Assembly (NCBI RefSeq): GCF_001194135.2
Contig: NW_026370633.1
Coordinates: 1 to 62,169, forward strand
Origin: Octopus bimaculoides
Lineage: Eukaryota
Direction of reading: 5' to 3'
Length of the DNA: 62,169 nucleotides
Shown here in pieces: positions 37,652-47,359 of the stretch. The notes under the pieces are model-generated. The model had not been told where the DNA came from and did not search any database. It saw only the letters and a program-made list of their open reading frames with translations. A program made the position numbers and the translations under genes. Position 1 is the stretch's first letter. Each line of letters starts with the position of its first letter.

Positions 37652-40600
37652 TCAGTTGCTCCCAACGACGATGTCGTACCCGGCCTCTTGCGCCTCCCTC
37701 CTGACTCTGCCCCCAGCCCCGCCTACCATGTCCATCTCCATCATCATCATCATCATCAGCGAATGGGTGCGCATGTGACGACTGAGGGTCCTCGACTCGG
37801 TGAAAGTCTGGCTGCAGTAGACGCACCGGTACGGCTTCTCGCCGGTGTGCGTGCGCACGTGCTTGGTGAGGTTGCTGGAATCGGAGAAACGCTTCTGGCA
37901 GAAGTTGCACGAGAAGAGCTTCTCGCCCGTGTGAATACGGATGTGCTTGGTGAGGTTGTCCGACCGGGAGAACCATTTGTGACAGTGCGGGCAAGGGAAA
38001 GGCTTAAGACCAGCGTGGACCTTCAGGTGACGTTTCAGATGACTCGGTCTGGTGAACATTTTACGACATTCATACTGGGGGCAAGTGTATTGCTTCACGG
38101 TGGACTGAGCACCACTGTGGCGGGGCAGCTGCTGCTGTTTCCTCTGCAGAGCCTTTATTAAGCTTGTGGTCGTTGAAGGTGCAATAAGGTCAGCTGGCAT
38201 CATAGCTGTTGCTGTTGTTGATGCGGTTTGCTGATCTTGTTGTTGTTGTTGTGGCCAGTGACGCTTCGTTGTGTCAGCATCAAAAGAAGGTTTATCCATC
38301 TGAAGTCCACAGTTGCGTGCAATGATGTCGATGGCAGAGGTATTTGCGGCTTGACCTTTGTCAGCAAAGGAAGCGAGATTCAAAGTGTGATTTAGGCTGT
38401 TCAACAGAAACGGCTGACCACCAGAAGAGGGAGAATTTGAACGGTAGCTGATTTCGTCAGCAGGTATGGAAGGAAATGAAGATAAGGGTAACGATGACGA
38501 TAATAATTCATGGTGATCGTCATTAAGGTCGGAAAATGTTACCTTCCGATCAGCATTGTTGTCTAATTGATCAGTGAAAACATTGCCGAGGAAACGAGAA
38601 GCATTGTGCTTACTCTTAAGGGACAAATCCCTTTCAATTAGCATTTCCCTGACATTATTCTGGGCCTGGAGTTGATTACCAGACAATAAGGATGCTAGCT
38701 CATCAGTGTTAGATATCGCTTCGGCAAACTTGGACAAGTCTTCGGTCTTAATTTTGGCATTGATTGGAACCATTGCCGAGCAGTCAGAGTCTGTGGCAAG
38801 TTCTGGTTCCACTTTAATGTAAGGTTTCGGAAAATCCAGATTATTGTCAGCTGGCTGAAGATAAGACAAAAGGGACAAAGAGTTTGGTAGGGGCTGGCTA
38901 AGATTGTCTTTCGAGGTCCTGTTTTCCTGGTTGAGTTCCTTGCAGTTAACAGCGTCCATTGATCCTGTAGGAGTCACTTTTGCGGTCATCAGAGACGACT
39001 GTTTGTTACCACCGTGCATTGTATTGTTACCGTCATGTTGTATGCATTGGTCATTGTTATAAGACGAGGTGTTGTCCGGGCGGTCAGCCATGATGAGGTC
39101 AGCAGCCACTTGGTCCGACAAATTCTGTGACTTCCTTTCAGCAGCGTCGACAGAGATGTGGTTGTCAATGTCCTCGTAGTCTTCACAGATGCCTGCTTCG
39201 TTCACCCCGGCACTTAAGGTCATGGTGACATCGGACGGAAGACAATCCATGTTTGTTGTCGCTGCAGGCTTCCATGCCGCAGTCACCGAGTGGTGAAGGA
39301 GCTCGTCGCACCATTTATCTCCCTTTTGCAGAAGCAGTTGCAGAGTCTCGTCGCTGAGGGAGCTGAGAAAATCAAGCATTGCATCGCGGAACTGTCCGTC
39401 ATTTTGGTTCGACTCCCATTGAGACGGAGGAAATTTGTTAGCCCTAGAGACATCTCCATTGCTGTTGTCAACCTCAAACCCACCCTCGGGCAATGACGAC
39501 ACCAATATATCGCTTGCGCAGGGTTGAGACATCTCCTCCTCCTCCTCCTCCTCCTCCTCCTCCTCGAGTTTCACATTCACGCTCTCAAAGACGTCCTTCA
39601 GATCTTCGGTCTGTTTCATTATTACGTTATCAGCGTGATGCGTGTTGGTGGAGCCAGTAGGAACTACCGTCATTGTGAACCCTAAATTTTTCGTGCTGTC
39701 CCTGTAGTTAGAACCATCTGACATCAAAGGAACACCACCATCACCATCACCATCATCATCATCATCATCGGAAAGAGACATTGCAGAATTAGAATTTGAA
39801 TCCGAAATACAAATGACATTGTTGGTTTTGCATTTCTGGTCTGCAACAAGGGTCGATTCGGGACCACCGTTGCCACCAGAGAAATAATTCTTATTCCGGA
39901 ACTCGACAAACTCATCAAAAAGTAGAAATTCTTGAATGCATTTCTCAGCCTCAGGTTGTTTGTCAGGGACCATTGCGGTTCCTTTCCGAAAATTTCCGTT
40001 CCCATCATAGTAAGAATTCGATGGTTCCTGATCTGCGTTGCTGTAAAATCCTGCGACGTCAGTGTGGTGGGCATCTTTTGGATTTCGGGTTGTATTAAGC
40101 AGGTCATAAGAGAGACGAACGCCTTGGGATTTGAAACTGATGTCTTTGAGTCCATCGATGGTATTCTCAGAGGAAGAAAACTTGAGGTCAATATTTTTAA
40201 GTTCTTCGGCGGCATCGATGGCAGATGGGAATTTGAAGTTGATGTCTTTCAGTTCTTCGTCATCGAGAGCGGAAGGAAATACAAAATTCTCATTCAGGGA
40301 AACTGTACCAGCTAAGAGCTCACCATTATCAGAAGAGGCTGACCTCTGGAATGGTTCGGAAGGGTTAAGACTTCCATCCTCGACGACATCTTTGCCCTCT
40401 GCAACTACCACCATGGGTCTTTCTGTGGTGTCAACCTCCTGTTTGATATCAGCCCTACTAATACCCCCGACAGAACCACAACTGTTTCCCGCTTCAAACT
40501 GACCCCTCCCCGGTGGTATCTCACGTACATGAGCAGCGAGGGAAGGGATGAGAGGCGCACCGCCGTCTCCACCCCTCCATTGAAACAGCTCCATCATTGA

Positions 40601-43600
40601 GCCAGAGGTGGTGGGGGTACGATAGCCATCGTCTCCTTGTCCGTCAGGTTCTGGTGTCTTCGGTTCCTGTTTCATGGCACTACCATCAGGCAGTAGAAAT
40701 TCTTGCTTCACAGCCAAAGACAAGTTCTCTTGGAAAGGGTCAACCAAGGATTTCCTGGTAAAATTCTCTGCGGACGATTCCTGAAAATCGCTATTGTTGT
40801 TGTTGTTGTTGTCATTTATTGTGCTGTCACTGTTGTAGTTTTTATTATTATTATTGCTACAGCTGTTGACATTAATGGTGGTGGTGGTGGTGGTTGTTGT
40901 GGTACTAGCAACAGTGGTGACCATATTGTTCCTTGGAGCACTGACAAGACTGCTGCTTCCATCTGCTGTACGTAGCTCATCTCCACGGTTACTGCGGTCG
41001 TGCACGTCGTCCGGTTCGCAACATATTTCGGCCGTTGTTTCACCTTGTCTTTGCACCTGACCATTGGGGGAAGACACAGACAGAACCAACGCTGCCCGTT
41101 CTGAGCCTGGGTCCTGACCAGAACTGGCTGGACCAAACTCAGTGCCCGGTGACGAAGAAGCTGAAGGCAGTGGGGATGAAAACTGCAAATGCCAAGGTGA
41201 TGACGATGACAATGATGACCGCTCACTAGATACGACACTTGATCTAGTTTTTGCTTCGCTCTGCAGCACATCCAACTGATTCTGCAACGGTAACTTTGCA
41301 GAGTCTTCTGAGATAGACTCGGTCAAATTATGGCTAGCAGAAGTAATATTGGAGTCACTTGAGCCACTGGTGTTAGTCACAGCACTGGTCAAGCTCTCAG
41401 TCTCAGAGACAGCACTGGACAATATATCGGTTTTGGAGACAGAACTAATTGAATTGTGGTGACCAAGGGGAATATTGGTGTTACTTGAGCCATCACTATT
41501 AGTGATGGCAGTGGTCAAGTTTTCAGTATCAGAGACAGTACTGGACAGTATGCTGTTGGCTTTTGAAACAGAATTGGTTAAATCGTTTCCATTGGTCAAG
41601 CTGTTGCCATTGGAAACAATATTATCGAAGCTGTTGACATCGGAGATGGCACTGTCCATCTCATCGTCATGGGAGACGGCGCTGGTCAGCTCATTGCCAC
41701 CAAGGGAAACGGTATCAGTGAAGGTTTTAGCGTTGCTGCTACTGCTGCCTCGACAGTCTCTGAGGAGGTGGTCATTAAACACGTTGAGGTCGTGGATGAG
41801 ATTTCCGCACTCTTTACACCTGAACATCTCGCCTGTCGTGTGTAGTTTCAGGTGACGTGTTAGCTCCTCCACACCGGAGAAGAATATCTGACACCGGGAG
41901 CAATGAAAGAGACGGTTTCTCGGGTGATGGTCACTATCATGAAGACGACGATGTGTACGATGATGTTGTTGGTGCTGCTGGCTCTGATGACTACTATCAT
42001 TTTCATTATCGTTATCGTTATCATCATCACTGTTGTTAATATAAGGATGAAGGTGATTGTGATGATGATGAGGACTATAGCGGTCACTTGTATTAGGATT
42101 ATTATTGCTGTTGTAGAGATACTCATCCATTTCAGTTTCCATCTCCACTTTGAACCCACCGACAACTGTCAGGGTAGCGTTTCCTACAGCCTCATCTTCC
42201 TCTTCCTGATTCCCATCAACATCTTCTTGTTCTAATACTTCTTGCTTGATGTAATCAAGCATAAAGGGACTGACATTACAAAGGGATTGGCAATTAGCAT
42301 CATCTGGTATGGCAAGTGAAGATGCACTACCTGTCTTGCTGCACATGGTTCCTGAGCTAGTTTCTCTGGAAAAGGACATTGGTGAACATATGTTCTGTTG
42401 AGAGGAAATTGGGGCAGTTTGACCATGTTCCGACGAACCAGTCTGTTTGTCCTCTCCCACGTCATCATCCTCTTTCACCTCCTCCTCCATCTCTTCATCA
42501 TCTTCCTCTCCGTCTTTTATAGTTGGCGAGGCAGCAGTGATGGTGGTTATATGGAACCTGTAGATGTGGTTGGCAAGGGTGAACTCATCGAGAAATACCT
42601 TCCCACACTGGCGGCACCGGTGTAACTTGTCTCGCAGCTGCTTCTTGAAACGCTGCAACAGGGCAGTAGGCCCAGAGCCAAATGTCTTCTTCAGAGCTGA
42701 GGTTGCATTCTTAGCAGATGACGAGACAGATTGCAATGAAAGTGATAACAATGATGATGATGATGATGGTGGTGACGGTGGTATCACAGAAATGGTAGTA
42801 GTAGCAGTAGTAGTAATATTAGTAGTACCAATGGCAGCCCTAGCTACAGCAGCAGAAATGCTTCTTAAATCTGTTGTTGATGAGGACGGCACTGAACAAG
42901 GTAGCGAAGGAAGATGTTGTTGTTGTTGTGGTGGTGGTGGTGGTGACGGGGATGTTGTTTCTGACTGAAGTAGTGTCTTCAACTGCTGCGGAGACTGGCC
43001 AAGTTTAGCATGTGTGAGTAAATGGCGACACAGCGCGATCGAGCTGTCAAAAGACTTTGAGCAGATCATGCACCGAAAGGGAGACAACTCTGTAGACGGG
43101 GACAGCAATGGTGACCTGCTCTCCTGCTGCTCTTGGTTTTGCTGTTGCTGTCGTGACAGGAAGCAGGGGTGTTCATAATTGCTATTGTCGTCATCTCCTC
43201 CGCTGTCATGGTGTGCTGCTTCCAGCAAGAAACGTTTATGGTTGTCATGTTTTCTGTCATTATCATCGTCATCATCTCTTTCACTGCTTCCTGTGGACGT
43301 GTGCGGTGGAAAGCTGTTGTCTTGGTTACTGTTGCTGTGGCTACCACTCCTGCTACTATTGCTCTTATTGGATGCAGTTGCACCATCTGCAGCTGCTGCC
43401 GCTGCGCGGGCATGCGTGCGCAAGTGCTTGGTGAGGTTGCTGGAATCGGTGAAACGCTTCGTGCAGATGCTGCACGAGTACCGCTTGTCGCCTGTGTGAA
43501 TGCGCACGTGCTTGACGAGGTTGTCCGACCGGGAGAACGCTCGGTCGCAGTATGCGCATCTGAACGGCTTAATGCCGGCATGAATCTTCAGATGTCGGTT

Positions 43601-46600
43601 CAACTGTGTCGACTTGGAGAAATGCTTCGAGCACACCGAGCAGGCATGCACTAGGTGGCGCCAGCGGAGATGTTGGGTGAGCTCGAGGGCCGACGAGAAC
43701 GAAACCGGGAATGAAGATGCAGAGGGCGATGCTGACCCCTTGCAGTACGAACAGGAAAATTCTTTATTTCCATTGCCTTTCACACTTCCAGCTTTCTTAT
43801 CAGCTGCAGCGGAACTGGTCAAATCTGCAGCGGAAGAACTAGTAGTAGTAGTAGGAGGAGTCAGAGTAATAGTAGTAGTAGTAGTAGTAGTAGATGTAGC
43901 AGAGTCAGAAACAACAGTATCAGGAACTACTGAGATTACAGGAGAATTAGAATCTACAGCAACAGCAGTAGAAGTAGTATTGAGTGCAGCGGAGGTAGCA
44001 GTAGAGATGGCAGCAGAAGCAGTTGTGGATGAAGTGTGTGTAGCAGCGGTACTGCCTCTACTGCTACTAGTGGTAACAATAGTAGTTGTAGTGCTACTAC
44101 AGCTGTTATTACTGCTACTATTACAACTACTAGTGCTCTGGTGGCTGTTATTATCATGATCATCATATTCAGAAGTGGTAGTAGTAGCAGTGGTAGTAGT
44201 AATAGTGGTGGGAGCAGCAGTTGTGGTCCTAGTTTCGGCGTTAACAACTTCAACGTCCTGGGTCTCTTTGACACTGGAACCTTTTGTCAAGAGACCAATA
44301 GCTGAGTTGTCTCCCTTGCTGAAGTCTTTCGACGACGCAGTGTGGACGTGTGATGGAGAAATTCGTATTGAGTCGTCGTGGTTCGCTGAGCGATCGTGTG
44401 GTGGCGTCAACGCTTCCTTCTTCACCGTGACTTTCGCTTCTGAATCCATGGCGACACGGGAAACGGGCAGCGTCGGTGTTTGTGCCGATGGCGTTGAGGG
44501 AAGCGACACTGATGTCGAAGTCTCCTTCTGCTGTGTCGTACTAAAATTTCCCTTATCAGTGGGTGAGGCCCTATTGGAAACTTCCATACGGCTCACAGAA
44601 CCAAACCCTGCCACTTGGCTATGATCACCGCCATCATCTGCCACAGAGACTAGCGTCTCCCTTGTCTCTGTCTTCAAAACAACACCCCGGGGCACTGCAA
44701 CAGAGCTATACTGATCGACCACACTGGTACCAACATCATCATCATCATTATTAACATCATCAGTAAGAACTATAGTGCTTTTAGCAAAGATTTTGGATTT
44801 GCTTGAAGAAATCTGATCCACAGACATCAAATTCTGGAAGGATCTACCGGTAGATATACCACCGACGGCCCCTTCTTTTCTTTTTCGGTCTCGACAGATT
44901 TGGGGTTCTTTCACTTCTTGTTTGATGACCCTTCGAAAGTCACACCCTGATACTTTACCGATATTGCTCAGGATTTTGGCGACAATTGCATCGACTTCAA
45001 CAGTGGAATCGTTACTACTAATTACCGTTAATTTCCCCGTTTCTTCTTCTTCTTCTTGCTGTCCTTGTGTTCCTTTTTCCTTGCGGAGAGTTGAACCAAA
45101 ATCCTTACCGGCGCTGTGTTTGTTTCCTTGCCGTCTTTTCTTCTTCACCATTCCGAGCGCATCAAAAACTTCTCGGTCACCATTTTGTGACAACCCTGTT
45201 AAATCCTCTGCGCTTAATGTAATGCCATCCAAAACATTCAGCCCATGCTGCAGCAACATTGAATTCCCTGGATCTTTGATGCTGTCCCGTTTCTTGTTAT
45301 CCTCCATGTCATTATCCTCGATCTCACTATCAGACAGTATTATCTCCTGTTTCAGTTTTGGCGCCGATGGATTTACGACCATCACCGAGGAAACGGGGTT
45401 CCCTGCCGACAACTGACGACGACGATCAGGATTTAGTCTCTGGTTATCTTGTGTCATCGTGCGATGGTCTAACTGTGGTTGGCCGCCAACAAGTCTCGCG
45501 GAGAGCAATCTCTGCTGCATGAGATCAGTCTTATTCTTACTTCGGTTTGGTCTCTGGTTCCGATCTTGCGCCGGACATTGTCTCCGATGCTTCGACAGTT
45601 GGACACTGGAACTGAAGGACTCTCCACAGTTCTTACACTCAAGGCGTCGTCGGATGTGACATTTCAGGTGATCCGCCAATGCTAAAGCCTTCGGAAACGC
45701 TGCCTTGCAATAGAGGCACTCATATGGGAGGCCTGCCGATCCTACGTCAAGGTCTTTCAGGCTTGTTGCTCCGCCGACCGTTGATGTTTGGAATAAATCC
45801 ATACTACCATGGTTTTCCGACTGCCTCCTCCTTACATGGATCTTTGACACATCCTCGCTACTGTTTCCCAACAATGTGTTTATACGATTAACTTGTCTCA
45901 GATTATCATCATCATATTCATTCTTTATGCGGATCGGGGCCACGTCCTCTCCCTCTTCTGCACAGTCGTCTACGTGTCCCTTGACGTGCATTTCTAACGA
46001 GGTTCTGGAGAAAAATTGCATGCCACAATAACTGCACTGGAACGTTATCGGAAAACGGTTACGGGCCCTGCCTAAACTGTTCACGTGATGCAGTCTGTCG
46101 ATGGAATGACTTGAGGTGGGCCTAGATGAACCAGAAGCTTTCCGGTTGATTGGATTGGGTGAAAGTGTGGTGGCATTCGCAGAATATGAAAGTACTTGAT
46201 CAAAATCAAAACTGACATGGTTCGCTGATCTTGTTCTGTTCCGTTTTGACTTCATCTTACTAATATCACTACTACTACTACTACTACTACTGCTACTAGT
46301 GTTATTACTATTGTACCCCTGGATGTTTTCATTGGTTTGCGACAGTTGTCTTATGATGTGATCAGTTCTGCTGAAGACATCCGTTGCTATGGGCAGCGTC
46401 GTGTTCTTCGGTGGGGCCTTTACGATCTCCTCGTCTTCTCCGTCGGACCATTGCAAAAGATTCCCTGTATACGAAGACTTGCTTGCAGCACCTCCTGCAT
46501 CTGGTCCTAGCAATCGCGCCTCATTTGAGGGTTCACCAATTGCGCTGAGAATCCCCCTTGCGGTTGCCTCTGACTTACTAACCGACGGCAGCCGTGACCG

Positions 46601-47359
46601 AGGGTGCATTTCCAGTTGCGATTGCAACTGCGCACCTTGCAGATTTGACACTGCTGTTGTCGCGGTGGTGGTGGTCATCGTTGGAAATGACCTCTCTTTA
46701 TTGATAATATGGAGGATGTTTTGCATTTGGAGTCGTCTCTGCACATCTGCAGCAACAGCAGCTGCGTCACTCAGTGACAACAGCGACGCCGTGTCGCCAC
46801 TGACGTCCATGTTGCTTCCACGACAGTCATGACCGCCAACGGAGAGAGTGTCACGGAGTGCAACTTCGCCACTTCTGTTATCAGTACTGCTACCACCGCC
46901 GCCGCTACCACCATTGCCATCGTCGGCGCCAACAGTGCTGCCATTTCCGTCGGACACGCCGTGGGTCAACAGGTGGCGCCGGAGGGTGTCCGACTTGCGA
47001 AACGTCTTCGAGCAGAGCGTGCACGTGTAGCGCCTCGTGCCCGCATGCGTGCGCATGTGCTTGCTCAGGTTGCTCGAGTCGGTGAAGCGCTTCAGGCAGA
47101 ACTCGCAGCCGTAGCGCTTGTCACCTGTGTGAATGCGGACGTGCTTGATCAGGTTGTCCGACCGGGAGAACGACTTGTGGCAGTACTTGCACTCGAACGG
47201 CCGGAGACCAGAGTGAATCTTCAAATGCCTGGCCAGATGGCTGTACCGGTCGAAGTCCTTGCTGCAGTACTGGCATTTGAACTGACGCACCTTCGAAGAA
47301 ACAATGGCATCGTTAGTGCGTTCAATGCCAGATACTGCACTCTTAGACAGGGAATCCAT
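37652..47359 (-). CDS. Giant single-exon-ORF C2H2 zinc-finger protein (~3235 aa, ~19 fingers in three homologous clusters plus scattered fingers)
   Basis: Uninterrupted 9.7-kb ORF in a stop-rich genome; clusters at 46961-47281, 43412-43648 and 37763-38089 with HTGEK/DK-type linkers. First in-frame ATG is 47359; the 47413 start in the track is a TTG. Confidence 0.9.
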   Translation of the reverse strand: MDSLSKSAVSGIERTNDAIVSSKVRQFKCQYCSKDFDRYSHLARHLKIHSGLRPFECKYCHKSFSRSDNLIKHVRIHTGDKRYGCEFCLKRFTDSSNLSKHMRTHAGTRRYTCTLCSKTFRKSDTLRRHLLTHGVSDGNGSTVGADDGNGGSGGGGSSTDNRSGEVALRDTLSVGGHDCRGSNMDVSGDTASLLSLSDAAAVAADVQRRLQMQNILHIINKERSFPTMTTTTATTAVSNLQGAQLQSQLEMHPRSRLPSVSKSEATARGILSAIGEPSNEARLLGPDAGGAASKSSYTGNLLQWSDGEDEEIVKAPPKNTTLPIATDVFSRTDHIIRQLSQTNENIQGYNSNNTSSSSSSSSSSDISKMKSKRNRTRSANHVSFDFDQVLSYSANATTLSPNPINRKASGSSRPTSSHSIDRLHHVNSLGRARNRFPITFQCSYCGMQFFSRTSLEMHVKGHVDDCAEEGEDVAPIRIKNEYDDDNLRQVNRINTLLGNSSEDVSKIHVRRRQSENHGSMDLFQTSTVGGATSLKDLDVGSAGLPYECLYCKAAFPKALALADHLKCHIRRRLECKNCGESFSSSVQLSKHRRQCPAQDRNQRPNRSKNKTDLMQQRLLSARLVGGQPQLDHRTMTQDNQRLNPDRRRQLSAGNPVSSVMVVNPSAPKLKQEIILSDSEIEDNDMEDNKKRDSIKDPGNSMLLQHGLNVLDGITLSAEDLTGLSQNGDREVFDALGMVKKKRRQGNKHSAGKDFGSTLRKEKGTQGQQEEEEETGKLTVISSNDSTVEVDAIVAKILSNIGKVSGCDFRRVIKQEVKEPQICRDRKRKEGAVGGISTGRSFQNLMSVDQISSSKSKIFAKSTIVLTDDVNNDDDDVGTSVVDQYSSVAVPRGVVLKTETRETLVSVADDGGDHSQVAGFGSVSRMEVSNRASPTDKGNFSTTQQKETSTSVSLPSTPSAQTPTLPVSRVAMDSEAKVTVKKEALTPPHDRSANHDDSIRISPSHVHTASSKDFSKGDNSAIGLLTKGSSVKETQDVEVVNAETRTTTAAPTTITTTTATTTTSEYDDHDNNSHQSTSSCNSSSNNSCSSTTTTIVTTSSSRGSTAATHTSSTTASAAISTATSAALNTTSTAVAVDSNSPVISVVPDTVVSDSATSTTTTTTTITLTPPTTTTSSSAADLTSSAAADKKAGSVKGNGNKEFSCSYCKGSASPSASSFPVSFSSALELTQHLRWRHLVHACSVCSKHFSKSTQLNRHLKIHAGIKPFRCAYCDRAFSRSDNLVKHVRIHTGDKRYSCSICTKRFTDSSNLTKHLRTHARAAAAAADGATASNKSNSSRSGSHSNSNQDNSFPPHTSTGSSERDDDDDNDRKHDNHKRFLLEAAHHDSGGDDDNSNYEHPCFLSRQQQQNQEQQESRSPLLSPSTELSPFRCMICSKSFDSSIALCRHLLTHAKLGQSPQQLKTLLQSETTSPSPPPPPQQQQHLPSLPCSVPSSSTTDLRSISAAVARAAIGTTNITTTATTTISVIPPSPPSSSSSLLSLSLQSVSSSAKNATSALKKTFGSGPTALLQRFKKQLRDKLHRCRQCGKVFLDEFTLANHIYRFHITTITAASPTIKDGEEDDEEMEEEVKEDDDVGEDKQTGSSEHGQTAPISSQQNICSPMSFSRETSSGTMCSKTGSASSLAIPDDANCQSLCNVSPFMLDYIKQEVLEQEDVDGNQEEEDEAVGNATLTVVGGFKVEMETEMDEYLYNSNNNPNTSDRYSPHHHHNHLHPYINNSDDDNDNDNENDSSHQSQQHQQHHRTHRRLHDSDHHPRNRLFHCSRCQIFFSGVEELTRHLKLHTTGEMFRCKECGNLIHDLNVFNDHLLRDCRGSSSSNAKTFTDTVSLGGNELTSAVSHDDEMDSAISDVNSFDNIVSNGNSLTNGNDLTNSVSKANSILSSTVSDTENLTTAITNSDGSSNTNIPLGHHNSISSVSKTDILSSAVSETESLTSAVTNTSGSSDSNITSASHNLTESISEDSAKLPLQNQLDVLQSEAKTRSSVVSSERSSLSSSSPWHLQFSSPLPSASSSPGTEFGPASSGQDPGSERAALVLSVSSPNGQVQRQGETTAEICCEPDDVHDRSNRGDELRTADGSSSLVSAPRNNMVTTVASTTTTTTTTTINVNSCSNNNNKNYNSDSTINDNNNNNNSDFQESSAENFTRKSLVDPFQENLSLAVKQEFLLPDGSAMKQEPKTPEPDGQGDDGYRTPTTSGSMMELFQWRGGDGGAPLIPSLAAHVREIPPGRGQFEAGNSCGSVGGISRADIKQEVDTTERPMVVVAEGKDVVEDGSLNPSEPFQRSASSDNGELLAGTVSLNENFVFPSALDDEELKDINFKFPSAIDAAEELKNIDLKFSSSENTIDGLKDISFKSQGVRLSYDLLNTTRNPKDAHHTDVAGFYSNADQEPSNSYYDGNGNFRKGTAMVPDKQPEAEKCIQEFLLFDEFVEFRNKNYFSGGNGGPESTLVADQKCKTNNVICISDSNSNSAMSLSDDDDDDGDGDGGVPLMSDGSNYRDSTKNLGFTMTVVPTGSTNTHHADNVIMKQTEDLKDVFESVNVKLEEEEEEEEEEEMSQPCASDILVSSLPEGGFEVDNSNGDVSRANKFPPSQWESNQNDGQFRDAMLDFLSSLSDETLQLLLQKGDKWCDELLHHSVTAAWKPAATTNMDCLPSDVTMTLSAGVNEAGICEDYEDIDNHISVDAAERKSQNLSDQVAADLIMADRPDNTSSYNNDQCIQHDGNNTMHGGNKQSSLMTAKVTPTGSMDAVNCKELNQENRTSKDNLSQPLPNSLSLLSYLQPADNNLDFPKPYIKVEPELATDSDCSAMVPINAKIKTEDLSKFAEAISNTDELASLLSGNQLQAQNNVREMLIERDLSLKSKHNASRFLGNVFTDQLDNNADRKVTFSDLNDDHHELLSSSLPLSSFPSIPADEISYRSNSPSSGGQPFLLNSLNHTLNLASFADKGQAANTSAIDIIARNCGLQMDKPSFDADTTKRHWPQQQQQDQQTASTTATAMMPADLIAPSTTTSLIKALQRKQQQLPRHSGAQSTVKQYTCPQYECRKMFTRPSHLKRHLKVHAGLKPFPCPHCHKWFSRSDNLTKHIRIHTGEKLFSCNFCQKRFSDSSNLTKHVRTHTGEKPYRCVYCSQTFTESRTLSRHMRTHSLMMMMMMEMDMVGGAGGRVRREAQEAGYDIVVGSN

